64,000 bases of DNA from Eubacteriales bacterium (GTDB lineage Bacteria; Bacillota; Clostridia; Oscillospirales; CAG-272). The stretch covers positions 4,479-68,478 of the forward strand of contig JAZNFZ010000071.1 in the NCBI GenBank assembly GCA_045576195.1, given 5' to 3'. Made by a program: the position numbers and the translations under genes. The notes under the pieces are model-generated. The model did no database searches. It had not been told where the DNA came from and saw nothing but the letters and a program-made list of their open reading frames with translations. This document shows, one piece after another, positions 56,764 to 64,000 of this stretch (positions are counted from its first letter, which is position 1; each line of letters opens with the position of its first letter).

Positions 56764-56985
56764 TCAGAGAGTTTCAAGATACTTTACAACATCGCCCACG
56801 GTGATAAAGGTGTTGGCGATCTCCTCGTCGATCTCGATATCGAATTTATCCTCGCACAGCATAATCAAATCGTAAAGCTCGATCGAGTTGATGTTGAGGT
56901 CTTGAGAGAGCGAAGCATCCAGGGTAATCTCGTTGGGGTCGATCTGAAGCTCCTCAACCAAAATGTTTTTCACTTTTTCAAACAT
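56764..56985 (-). CDS. acyl carrier protein-like (stand-alone)
   Basis: 73 aa from the ATG at 56985 after GGAGG. Four-helix ACP pattern with candidate phosphopantetheine Ser in DLNINSIELYD. Confidence 0.7.
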   Translation of the reverse strand: MFEKVKNILVEELQIDPNEITLDASLSQDLNINSIELYDLIMLCEDKFDIEIDEEIANTFITVGDVVKYLETL

Positions 56986-57093
56986 GATCTGTCCTCCGTT
57001 TCGTTCCAATAGGTCAAGATGGTTTACACACACAACATTATAGCCATCTTTTCCCGTTTTGTCAAGATATTTATGAAAACTTTGAAAAGGGAG

Positions 57094-57115
57094 CCCGAAA
57101 TATTGACATTTCGGG
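57094..57115. promoter_or_regulatory. 8-bp inverted repeat CCCGAAAT-N6-ATTTCGGG straddling the comEC -35
   Basis: Arms at 57094-57101 and 57108-57115. The spacer and arms contain TTGACA. Confidence 0.4.
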
Positions 57116-57132
57116 GCGTGTTGTTCTATAAT
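57103..57132 (+). promoter_or_regulatory. sigma-A-type promoter TTGACA-18-TATAAT upstream of comEC
   Basis: Hexamers at 57103-57108 and 57127-57132. Confidence 0.6.
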
Positions 57133-57163
57133 AGGAGCAGTTTTTGTCGAAGGGAGGAAAAGA

Positions 57164-59446
57164 ATGGCGCTTTTTTATAAAAGACCGCTGGCAGCGGCAC
57201 TGCTTGCTCTGGCTGCGGCCATCACAGCTTGCTTTTTTCTTCCGTTTTTCTTTAAAATTCTTTTCGCTTGCCTTGCATTTGCAGCACTTGTCATCATTGT
57301 TGTGTTGCGCTTAAGGCGCGGTGCCTCCTACCGTCTTCTATCCCTCGGACTGCTCGCGGCAGCTCTGCTCCTCGGCTTGGGGCGGGGTATGCTTGAAACC
57401 GATGTGATGCACACGGCGCTGACGAAGCAGATCGGCAATGAGACCATGGCAGAGCTTCAGGTGATCTCGCTTGAGCAACGCACAAGCTATTCCTCCGAGG
57501 TGGTTGTAAGGATCACCTCACTTGGCGGCAGGCAGGTCAATGAACGCGCCGTGCTCCGCACCTCCTACCTCTTTCCGATGGGCGTCAATGACCGTTTCTG
57601 CGGCAGCTTTACAGTAAGGGAGCTTGATTACGATGCCTTTTACCAAGGGCAGGAAAATCAATATCGCGCCGAGGGCTGCAGCGCCTTGCTGATCAGTGAG
57701 GATACCGACAGCTTTGTGTTTTTAGAGAGCGGCGAAGGGAAGCTTGACACCGCACTGCTCGATCTGCGCGACCGTTGGGCGCACACCCTCTCCGAGGATA
57801 TCGGCGGCGAGGCAGGCGAGCTTGCCGCCGCGCTCATTTTCGGCACGAGACACACCCTGGGCGAGGACACCATCCGCGATTTCCGCCGTGCGGGTGTTTC
57901 GCATATTCTGGCACTCAGCGGCCTACATCTGGCCATTTTGATCGGCTTTGTGGATCGCCTGCTTTACCGCCTGCGGGTCGGAAAGCCGTGGCGCCTCTCG
58001 GTGACGCTTGTGCTGGCCATCGGCTATTGGATGCTGACGGGCTGCTCTCATTCGATGACACGGGCGGTGCTGATGTTTTTAGTGGTGTATTCCTCCTATT
58101 TTATGATGCAGGAATCAGACCCTATTACGGCACTTTTTCTCGCAGGATCTGCCATTTTGCTGGTCTCCCCCTTTGCCATATTCAGCATATCCTATCAAAT
58201 GACGATGCTTGCCACCTTTGGCATTTTATTGGTGGGAGGTCTTAACCGCTGGCTGCAGGCAAAGCTGCCCCACGGCAAGGGAATTGTGAGGATCCCGTGC
58301 TTCCTGCTTCGTTATACACTACTATCGATATTGATCACGGTTTGCGCTACCGCTGCCGTGCTGCCCGTGCAGTGGGCGGCATTCGGCGAGCTTTCCCTCA
58401 TCACACCGCTCTCCAATCTTTTGCTCACCCCTCTGCTGCTTCCGTTGATGGTGGTGGCGATCCTCGGCTTTCTCTTTATCACCCTCTCACCCATTTCGGT
58501 CATCTTTCTGGTGCCCGCGCGTGCTCTTGGGTCGCTGATGCTCTATCTCACCCGATGGCTTTCGCAAGGGCGCGTGATGCTCTCCCTGCGCCACGACTTT
58601 GTTCCCATCATTCTGCTCCCCGTATTCCTTGCCCTAGCGGTGCTGATCTGCATACGCCTGAAAAAGCATAAATACCTGGTAGCGGCACCGCTTCTCATCG
58701 GCGCGCTCGCCCTTTCTGCAGGCTTTTTGGTCCATCGCGCAGGGGAGGCAGACCTCGTTCATATGGCCTTTTTGTCCGAGGGAACCAACGACGGTATTTT
58801 ACTGTGGGGAAATGACGGTACAATGATCTGCGACAGCTCAAACGGCAGTACCACACAGCTGAAGTCACAGTGGAGAGCCCTGCAGGAGCACGGTGCCACC
58901 GAGCTTTCGGTGTTGATGCTGACCCATTATCATTCCGCGCAAAAGGTGTCACTTGAACGGCTGACGAGAGCGGTTGTGGTGCGCGAGATCTGGTTGCCGG
59001 AGCCCACCACAAAGGAGGATCTTGCCGTTCTTTACGAGCTGCTGGTGCTCGCCCAAAGGGAAGGGCTGCGGGTTACGGTATACGGCAGGGAGGCGCCGCT
59101 TTCTGTTTTGGGTGGCGAGCTATCGCTCTCAGATCCACTTTACCGGAAAAGGTCGGTGCAGCCTGCCTTCACACTGCGCTTTACCTATGGCGATAAGACA
59201 GTGCTTTACGCCACGGGGGCATATGTTGAATATCTGCAAAAAGAGGGAAGCACAGCTGTCTTGACGGCGGATACGCTGATCCTCGGCGCACACGGCCCCA
59301 TCCCTCACGAGAGCGTGGATCTGTCGAAGGTCACGGCGGACCGTATCATCACCGCAAACGAGGAAAAGCTGCTGGCACAGCTTGACATGGAACAATACCC
59401 AGTCGAAATATACGGGCAGGAAATTGAAATTTTAATGGAACGGTGA
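57164..59446 (+). CDS. comEC: DNA internalization competence protein ComEC/Rec2
   Basis: 760 aa, many TM segments, and a C-terminal metallo-beta-lactamase-like domain (LTHYHSAQ). Confidence 0.85.
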   Translation: MALFYKRPLAAALLALAAAITACFFLPFFFKILFACLAFAALVIIVVLRLRRGASYRLLSLGLLAAALLLGLGRGMLETDVMHTALTKQIGNETMAELQVISLEQRTSYSSEVVVRITSLGGRQVNERAVLRTSYLFPMGVNDRFCGSFTVRELDYDAFYQGQENQYRAEGCSALLISEDTDSFVFLESGEGKLDTALLDLRDRWAHTLSEDIGGEAGELAAALIFGTRHTLGEDTIRDFRRAGVSHILALSGLHLAILIGFVDRLLYRLRVGKPWRLSVTLVLAIGYWMLTGCSHSMTRAVLMFLVVYSSYFMMQESDPITALFLAGSAILLVSPFAIFSISYQMTMLATFGILLVGGLNRWLQAKLPHGKGIVRIPCFLLRYTLLSILITVCATAAVLPVQWAAFGELSLITPLSNLLLTPLLLPLMVVAILGFLFITLSPISVIFLVPARALGSLMLYLTRWLSQGRVMLSLRHDFVPIILLPVFLALAVLICIRLKKHKYLVAAPLLIGALALSAGFLVHRAGEADLVHMAFLSEGTNDGILLWGNDGTMICDSSNGSTTQLKSQWRALQEHGATELSVLMLTHYHSAQKVSLERLTRAVVVREIWLPEPTTKEDLAVLYELLVLAQREGLRVTVYGREAPLSVLGGELSLSDPLYRKRSVQPAFTLRFTYGDKTVLYATGAYVEYLQKEGSTAVLTADTLILGAHGPIPHESVDLSKVTADRIITANEEKLLAQLDMEQYPVEIYGQEIEILMER

Positions 59447-59535
59447 CGGTATTTGTCAAAATAAAGAGAGATGCATAAGATGATAGGGAAAGGAGCCATA
59501 CTGCTCCGAATACTTTTTAGGAGGACCTATTTCTT

Positions 59536-60381
59536 ATGGGTGATAACAGATTTTCCTGCTCCGGTAACGTGGCCGCGGCACGGGAATCCTTTGGGATCGA
59601 GGCAGGACGGATCCTGGATGCTTGCCGTGACAGAGATTGCTTTGAGGACGTGCGCGTATTCCTGACCGGTGTCGGCGAGGATTTGATCGCGCGTACCGGC
59701 AGTGTTCGCGTAAAATGCGCGGAGATCACGGGCTCGTATATCGGCGTTGATCCCGTTCAGTTCAATCGCGGCTTTTATTCGGTGACCATTAAGTTTTATG
59801 TAAGCTGCCTCTTTGAGGTTTGTGTTCCCATTGGACATTCCCAGGAGTTTGAGGGTGTTGCGGTGCTGGAGAAGCGCGTTGTGCTTTACGGCGGCGAGAG
59901 CAACACCAGTATTTTCAGAAGCAGCGCAAACACCGGCTCTTATTGCGCGATCCCCGAGCCTGTTTGCGGCAAATGCAACAATCCCGAGGCGGTGGTCGAG
60001 GTGGTTCAGCCTGTTGTTTTGGGTGCCAGAATTACCGATAACACCCACGAATGCCATTGTTGCTGCTGCTGCAATGACATTCCCGCGCAGATCACGGGCG
60101 GTCTTAACGGGCCTCTTGTTGACTGCGACGACGGAGACGGCAGACGCTATCTTACCGTTTCGCTTGGGCTCTTTTCTGTCATCCGTCTGGTGCGCCAGGG
60201 TCAGTTCTTGATCGAGGCCAGAGAGTACTGTATTCCCGACAAGGAATGCGTAACGCCCGATGAGGACGATCCCTGCGGCAGTTTCCGCAAGATGCCGTTC
60301 CCGGCCTCTGCCTTCTGCCCCTCGGCGCTGCCTCTTGAGGCACCGCCCGCCCGCGGCGGCCGCTGCGGCTGCAATTCCTGA
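59536..60381 (+). CDS. cysteine-rich protein of unknown function (22 Cys in 281 aa)
   Basis: ATG 11 nt after AGGAGG. CHCCCCC run, a terminal CGC, and no signal peptide or TM. Confidence 0.6.
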   Translation: MGDNRFSCSGNVAAARESFGIEAGRILDACRDRDCFEDVRVFLTGVGEDLIARTGSVRVKCAEITGSYIGVDPVQFNRGFYSVTIKFYVSCLFEVCVPIGHSQEFEGVAVLEKRVVLYGGESNTSIFRSSANTGSYCAIPEPVCGKCNNPEAVVEVVQPVVLGARITDNTHECHCCCCCNDIPAQITGGLNGPLVDCDDGDGRRYLTVSLGLFSVIRLVRQGQFLIEAREYCIPDKECVTPDEDDPCGSFRKMPFPASAFCPSALPLEAPPARGGRCGCNS

Positions 60382-60383
60382 TC

Positions 60384-60419
60384 AAAAAAGCTCACGGGAG
60401 TTTTCCCGTGAGCTTTTTT
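60384..60419. terminator. bidirectional rho-independent terminator
   Basis: A6 run, 11-bp stem AGCTCACGGGA/TCCCGTGAGCT, T6 run. Confidence 0.85.
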
Positions 60420-60428
60420 GGAATATGA

Positions 60429-61403
60429 TCAAGGATTGCTCTTTTTGTTTCGCCTCCAGCGGAAGGGAGAGCACTGATAGCGCTCCTTGAACTGGTTGTG
60501 GAAAAAGCTGGTGTTTTCATAGCCCACGGCAATGATGATGTCGCCGATGGGAAGATCGGTGGTGTCAAGCAGTCGGATGGCCTCCTTGAAGCGCTCCTCC
60601 TGCAGCAGCTGGCTGAAGGTCATACCGCAAAGCTCGCGCACACGCTTGGAAAGATAGGGAACACTGAGCCCCAGCTTTCCTGCCAGCTCGGCAAGGGTCG
60701 CCGTGCGGAATTCGGTTCGCAGGTAGTCCTCAATGCGAACCTTCAGCAGCTCGGTGTCGGAGCGGTGGCGCGCCGCGGTGATCATACATTCGGGAAGCTC
60801 GCCGAAATAGCGCAGGATCAGCGAGACGGTGGCCTTCAGGGTATCCTCGCTTGCTATATCGTTGCCAACAAGGGCATAGCAAAGATTTTCAAACAAATTT
60901 TCAAGAGGCAGCACGCCCTCGGTGGAGAAAAGCATATACTCCGCCTCGCCGTTTGAGCGGATGTTCTCTGCAATAAAGGAGGAAAGCGGAGAGTAGGAGG
61001 GAAGCGCGCAGGCAAGAGAGTGGAAGCACTCGGTCGTCATCATAATGTTGATGGCAAGATCGCTCTCCTGAGTTTTGCGGACACTGTGCTGAATGTGTCG
61101 GTTGAGCAGCAGCACATCGCCCTGGTGCATTTTGATCTCGCGGTGCTTGACCACGTGCGTGATCTCACCTGAGCAAACATAGGTCATTTCCACATAGTTG
61201 TGACCGTGTGCGGGAAAATCGGCAAAGCGGGTGTGGCGGCGCAGGGAGATCTGTCTCTCCTCCTGCATCAGCCGATGGTTGTTGACCACAAAATCCTTGG
61301 CAAATGCCGTATAAAGGCGCTTGTTGACCTTTTGCTCACCCTCTAAGATCCGTTGCTCCTCGTCGTTGATCTGTGCAAGCTTTAGCAGAATATCATTTGT
61401 CAT
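60429..61403 (-). CDS. AraC-family transcriptional regulator (cupin sensor + HTH)
   Basis: N-terminal cupin-like HGHNYVEMTYV and C-terminal dual HTH (LAELAGKLGLSVPYLSKRV ... GYENTSFFHNQFK). Divergent from rhaA. Confidence 0.85.
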   Translation of the reverse strand: MTNDILLKLAQINDEEQRILEGEQKVNKRLYTAFAKDFVVNNHRLMQEERQISLRRHTRFADFPAHGHNYVEMTYVCSGEITHVVKHREIKMHQGDVLLLNRHIQHSVRKTQESDLAINIMMTTECFHSLACALPSYSPLSSFIAENIRSNGEAEYMLFSTEGVLPLENLFENLCYALVGNDIASEDTLKATVSLILRYFGELPECMITAARHRSDTELLKVRIEDYLRTEFRTATLAELAGKLGLSVPYLSKRVRELCGMTFSQLLQEERFKEAIRLLDTTDLPIGDIIIAVGYENTSFFHNQFKERYQCSPFRWRRNKKSNP

Positions 61404-61512
61404 GACGGATACTCCTTTGTCGAAATAGGTCTTTTTTTCATTTTAGCATAAATGAAAACAAAAAGCAAGTGTTAAAATTAAAAAAAGCCCCCTTTTTGTG
61501 AAATAATAGTTC

Positions 61513-61541
61513 TTATTATTGTGAGTCATCTGTGATACAAT
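61513..61541 (+). promoter_or_regulatory. weak-35 promoter TTATTA-17-TACAAT (extended -10 TGA), probably activator dependent, for rhaA
   Basis: Hexamers at 61513-61518 and 61536-61541. AT-rich region shared with the divergent araC gene. Confidence 0.4.
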
Positions 61542-61572
61542 GGAGTTAATGAAGATCAGGAGGTAATGATCA

Positions 61573-62823
61573 ATGAGCACGATGTATGATATTGCAAAGC
61601 AACAGTACGCAAAGCTTGGCGTTGATACCGAGGAGGTCATCCGACGCCTTGGAGACTTTTCCATTTCCATGCATTGCTGGCAGGGCGATGATGTGCGCGG
61701 ATTTGACACCAAGGAGGCGCTTTCCGGCGGCATTCAGACCACGGGCAATTATCCCGGTCGCGCCACCACCCCCGACGAGCTGATGGCGGATATTGACAAG
61801 GCACTTTCGCTGATCGGCGGCAAGCATAAGCTGAATCTGCATGCCTGCTATGCAATCTTTGAGGATGGCGAATTCGCAGACCGCGACAAGCTTGAGCCCA
61901 AGCATTTCAGCCGCTGGGTGGAGTTTGCCAAGGCGCGCGGTATGGGACTTGATTTCAACCCCACCTTTTTCTCGCACCCCATGGCAGCCTCAGGCCTCAC
62001 GCTTTCCTCTCCCGATGAAGCGGTGCGCCGCTTCTGGATCGAGCACGGCAAGGCCTGCCTTCGCATTTCCGAGTATTTCGCCAAGGAAACGGGCATGCCT
62101 TGTGTGATGAACATCTGGATCCCCGACGGCTACAAGGATGTTCCCGCAGACCGCATCGGCCCGCGCGAGCGCTTTGCCAAGGCTCTTGATGAGATCCTTG
62201 CCGAGCCCTATGACAAGGATCTGGTTTATGTTTGCCTTGAGTCCAAGGTCTTTGGCATTGGCGTGGAGTCCTATACGGTGGGCTCGGCTGAGTTTGCCCT
62301 CAACTATGTAAATCAAAAGGGAATCGTTCCCCTGATGGACAACGGTCACTATCATCCCACCGAGGTGGTTTCCGATAAGATCTCCTCGATGCTGCTCTTC
62401 CACAAAAAGGTGGCACTGCACGTTACAAGAGGTGTCCGTTGGGATAGCGACCACGTGGTGCGCCTTGACGACGAGACTCGTGAGATCGCCAAGGAGCTGG
62501 TGGTCTCGGGCCGTCTTGACGATGTTGCCGTGGCACTGGACTTCTTTGATGCCAGCATCAACCGCATCGCGGCCTGGGTTATCGGTATGCGTAATATGCA
62601 GCGCGCCGTTCTTTCCGCTATGCTTCTGCCGCAGAATTACATGAAAAAGCTGCAGGATAACGGCGAATACACCGAGCTGCTGATGCTGGGTGAGGAGCTG
62701 AAGTCCTATCCCGAGGGAGCGGTTTGGGCAGAGTTTTGCAGCCGCGCAGGAGTTCCTGCCGACGAGAGCTGGTATAAGATCGTCAAAGAATACGAGGCAA
62801 GCGTGCTTGCAAAGCGCGCATAA
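61573..62823 (+). CDS. rhaA: L-rhamnose isomerase
   Basis: 416 aa. N-terminus ...YAKLGVDTEEVIRRLGDFSISMHCWQGDDV is typical of RhaA. Confidence 0.92.
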   Translation: MSTMYDIAKQQYAKLGVDTEEVIRRLGDFSISMHCWQGDDVRGFDTKEALSGGIQTTGNYPGRATTPDELMADIDKALSLIGGKHKLNLHACYAIFEDGEFADRDKLEPKHFSRWVEFAKARGMGLDFNPTFFSHPMAASGLTLSSPDEAVRRFWIEHGKACLRISEYFAKETGMPCVMNIWIPDGYKDVPADRIGPRERFAKALDEILAEPYDKDLVYVCLESKVFGIGVESYTVGSAEFALNYVNQKGIVPLMDNGHYHPTEVVSDKISSMLLFHKKVALHVTRGVRWDSDHVVRLDDETREIAKELVVSGRLDDVAVALDFFDASINRIAAWVIGMRNMQRAVLSAMLLPQNYMKKLQDNGEYTELLMLGEELKSYPEGAVWAEFCSRAGVPADESWYKIVKEYEASVLAKRA

Positions 62824-62831
62824 GCAAGAAA

Positions 62832-62864
62832 AGAGATGCGGGTATGCCCGCATCTCTTTTTTTA
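62832..62864. terminator. bidirectional rho-independent terminator
   Basis: 11-bp stem AGAGATGCGGG/CCCGCATCTCT, TATG loop, T7 run. Confidence 0.85.
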
Positions 62865-62865
62865 T

Positions 62866-64000
62866 TTAGTTTAGCGCATATTTTTTACCGTATGCCAAGA
62901 CCGCCCTTTTATAGTCGCCGTCGCCTTTTTTCAGGCTTTCGGTATAACCGTGCATGCCAAGGCCGCCCTGTGCGATTTCGATCACACAGCCCGCGATGTT
63001 GGAGCAATGATCGGCCACCCTTTCTAGATCGGTGAGAATATCGGTCAGAATAAAGCCTTGCTCAATGGTGCAGCCATTTTCCTTCAAGCGACGGATATGA
63101 TTGGCCTTGATCCCTGCTTGCAGCCCGTCGATCACCTCCTCAAGAGGCTCCACAAGTCTTGCCGTATCCATATCATTCTGCCCATAGCTGCCAAGCGCGT
63201 GATCAAGGATCTCCGCCACCGCTGCCATCATCACATCAAGCTCAGCCATCGCATCATCGGAGAAGGCAAGCTGCTTGTCATGCATTTCGGCGGCGGCCTC
63301 CATCAGATTGACCGCGTGGTCGGAGAGTCGCTCAAAATCGCTGATCATATGCAGCATCTTGGTGACCTCCACACTATCCGATGCGCTCAGATCTCTTGCA
63401 GAAAGCTCTACCAGATAGGAGCCGATCTCGTCCTCAAACACATCCACCGCCCGTTCCTTTTTCTCTACATCAGAGCACATCTTTGTATCGTATTCCCGCA
63501 GCAGTGAGAATGCTTCTTTTAACGCGGTATGTGCCGTTTCTGCCATCGTAACGGTAGTGGCGCGGCATTGCTGAATGGCTACCGCAGGCGTGGCCATCAG
63601 ACGGGGATCAAGCAGGGTGTAGCGCTCCTCCCTTGATCTGTCTCTGACGGTGATCACCGCAAGGCGCTCCAGCAGCTTGCCGAAGGGAAGAAGGAGCGCA
63701 GTGCAAAGCAGGTTGAAGGCGGTGTGCACCATGGCAATGCCCGCCTGATCGATCCGTGCTAAGACCAGAGGGAAGCGGAAAATACCGTGGAGCAAGTAAA
63801 AGACAGCAAGGATCACCAGGGTACCGATGATGTTAAAATAAAGGTGCACCATCGCCACGCGCTTGGCGTTTTTGTTGGCACCTACCGAGGAAATGAGCGC
63901 CGTGGCGCAGGTGCCGATGTTTTGCCCCATAATAATGGGAATGGCCGCGCCGTAGCTGACTGCCACACTCCCGCAAAGTGCCTGCAGAATACCCACGGAG
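62866..64000 (-). CDS. Na/Pi cotransporter family protein with C-terminal PhoU-like repeats (N-terminus beyond window)
   Basis: Frame is open to the window end. TM region with the GQNIGT motif, then two PhoU-like helical repeats (ERLSDHAVN / ERVADHCSN). Confidence 0.8.
   Translation of the reverse strand, partial: SVGILQALCGSVAVSYGAAIPIIMGQNIGTCATALISSVGANKNAKRVAMVHLYFNIIGTLVILAVFYLLHGIFRFPLVLARIDQAGIAMVHTAFNLLCTALLLPFGKLLERLAVITVRDRSREERYTLLDPRLMATPAVAIQQCRATTVTMAETAHTALKEAFSLLREYDTKMCSDVEKKERAVDVFEDEIGSYLVELSARDLSASDSVEVTKMLHMISDFERLSDHAVNLMEAAAEMHDKQLAFSDDAMAELDVMMAAVAEILDHALGSYGQNDMDTARLVEPLEEVIDGLQAGIKANHIRRLKENGCTIEQGFILTDILTDLERVADHCSNIAGCVIEIAQGGLGMHGYTESLKKGDGDYKRAVLAYGKKYALN

Noticed and set aside
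1-64000. tRNA, rRNA, tmRNA, riboswitch, T-box and CRISPR scan of intergenic regions by eye
   Set aside because: All intergenic gaps longer than 100 nt (near 5.0-5.2 kb, 5.7-5.9 kb, 8.0-8.2 kb, 20.5-20.7 kb, 22.45-22.6 kb, 39.86-40.06 kb, 50.35-50.5 kb, 57.0-57.16 kb, 61.4-61.57 kb) are explained by promoters, terminators or leaders. No GTTCGAATC-type T-arm or other hallmark was seen. A covariance-model scan would be needed to be certain.

Overview
GC-rich chromosomal core segment of an endospore-forming Firmicute. The Clostridia-like assignment is inferred from PolC, dipicolinate synthase dpaAB, a cwlD-type amidase, the ECF transporter module and gene order. About 55 tightly packed protein genes, mostly on the + strand. 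I saw no rRNA, tRNA or CRISPR array by eye. Gene blocks in order: DD-carboxypeptidase and pgi; ruvC divergent from DUF951-ruvA-ruvB; methyltransferase-ecfA1-ecfA2-ecfT-truA; a clpC-like AAA+ gene; a BspA-type LRR lipoprotein; the conserved string rpsB-tsf-pyrH-frr-uppS-cdsA-dxr-rseP-ispG-polC-birA; dpaAB; a ~900-aa exported protein plus pncB; a pyrimidine operon pyrC-carB-pyrK-pyrD-pyrF-pyrE-pyrB; polA-malQ; radA-cwlD-acp; comEC; a Cys-rich orphan; araC/rhaA; and a Na/Pi-PhoU transporter cut by the window end. Most of this is ordinary housekeeping. Best leads: (1) a 1.67-kb AT-rich two-gene cassette (YHYH/SWIM membrane protein plus a TM protein) integrated into the 3' end of truA, with perfect 15-bp direct repeats and the displaced ancestral truA terminus still readable; (2) a 0.86-kb AT-rich single-lipoprotein cassette with nested inverted repeats, apparently inserted in the loop of a bidirectional terminator between the M14 peptidase gene and ruvB; (3) PyrB fused to only the zinc domain of PyrI; (4) a 281-aa protein with 22 Cys including a CHCCCCC run. 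Coordinates of starts, promoters and hairpins were read by hand from the sequence. No database search was possible, so family names rest on recalled motifs.
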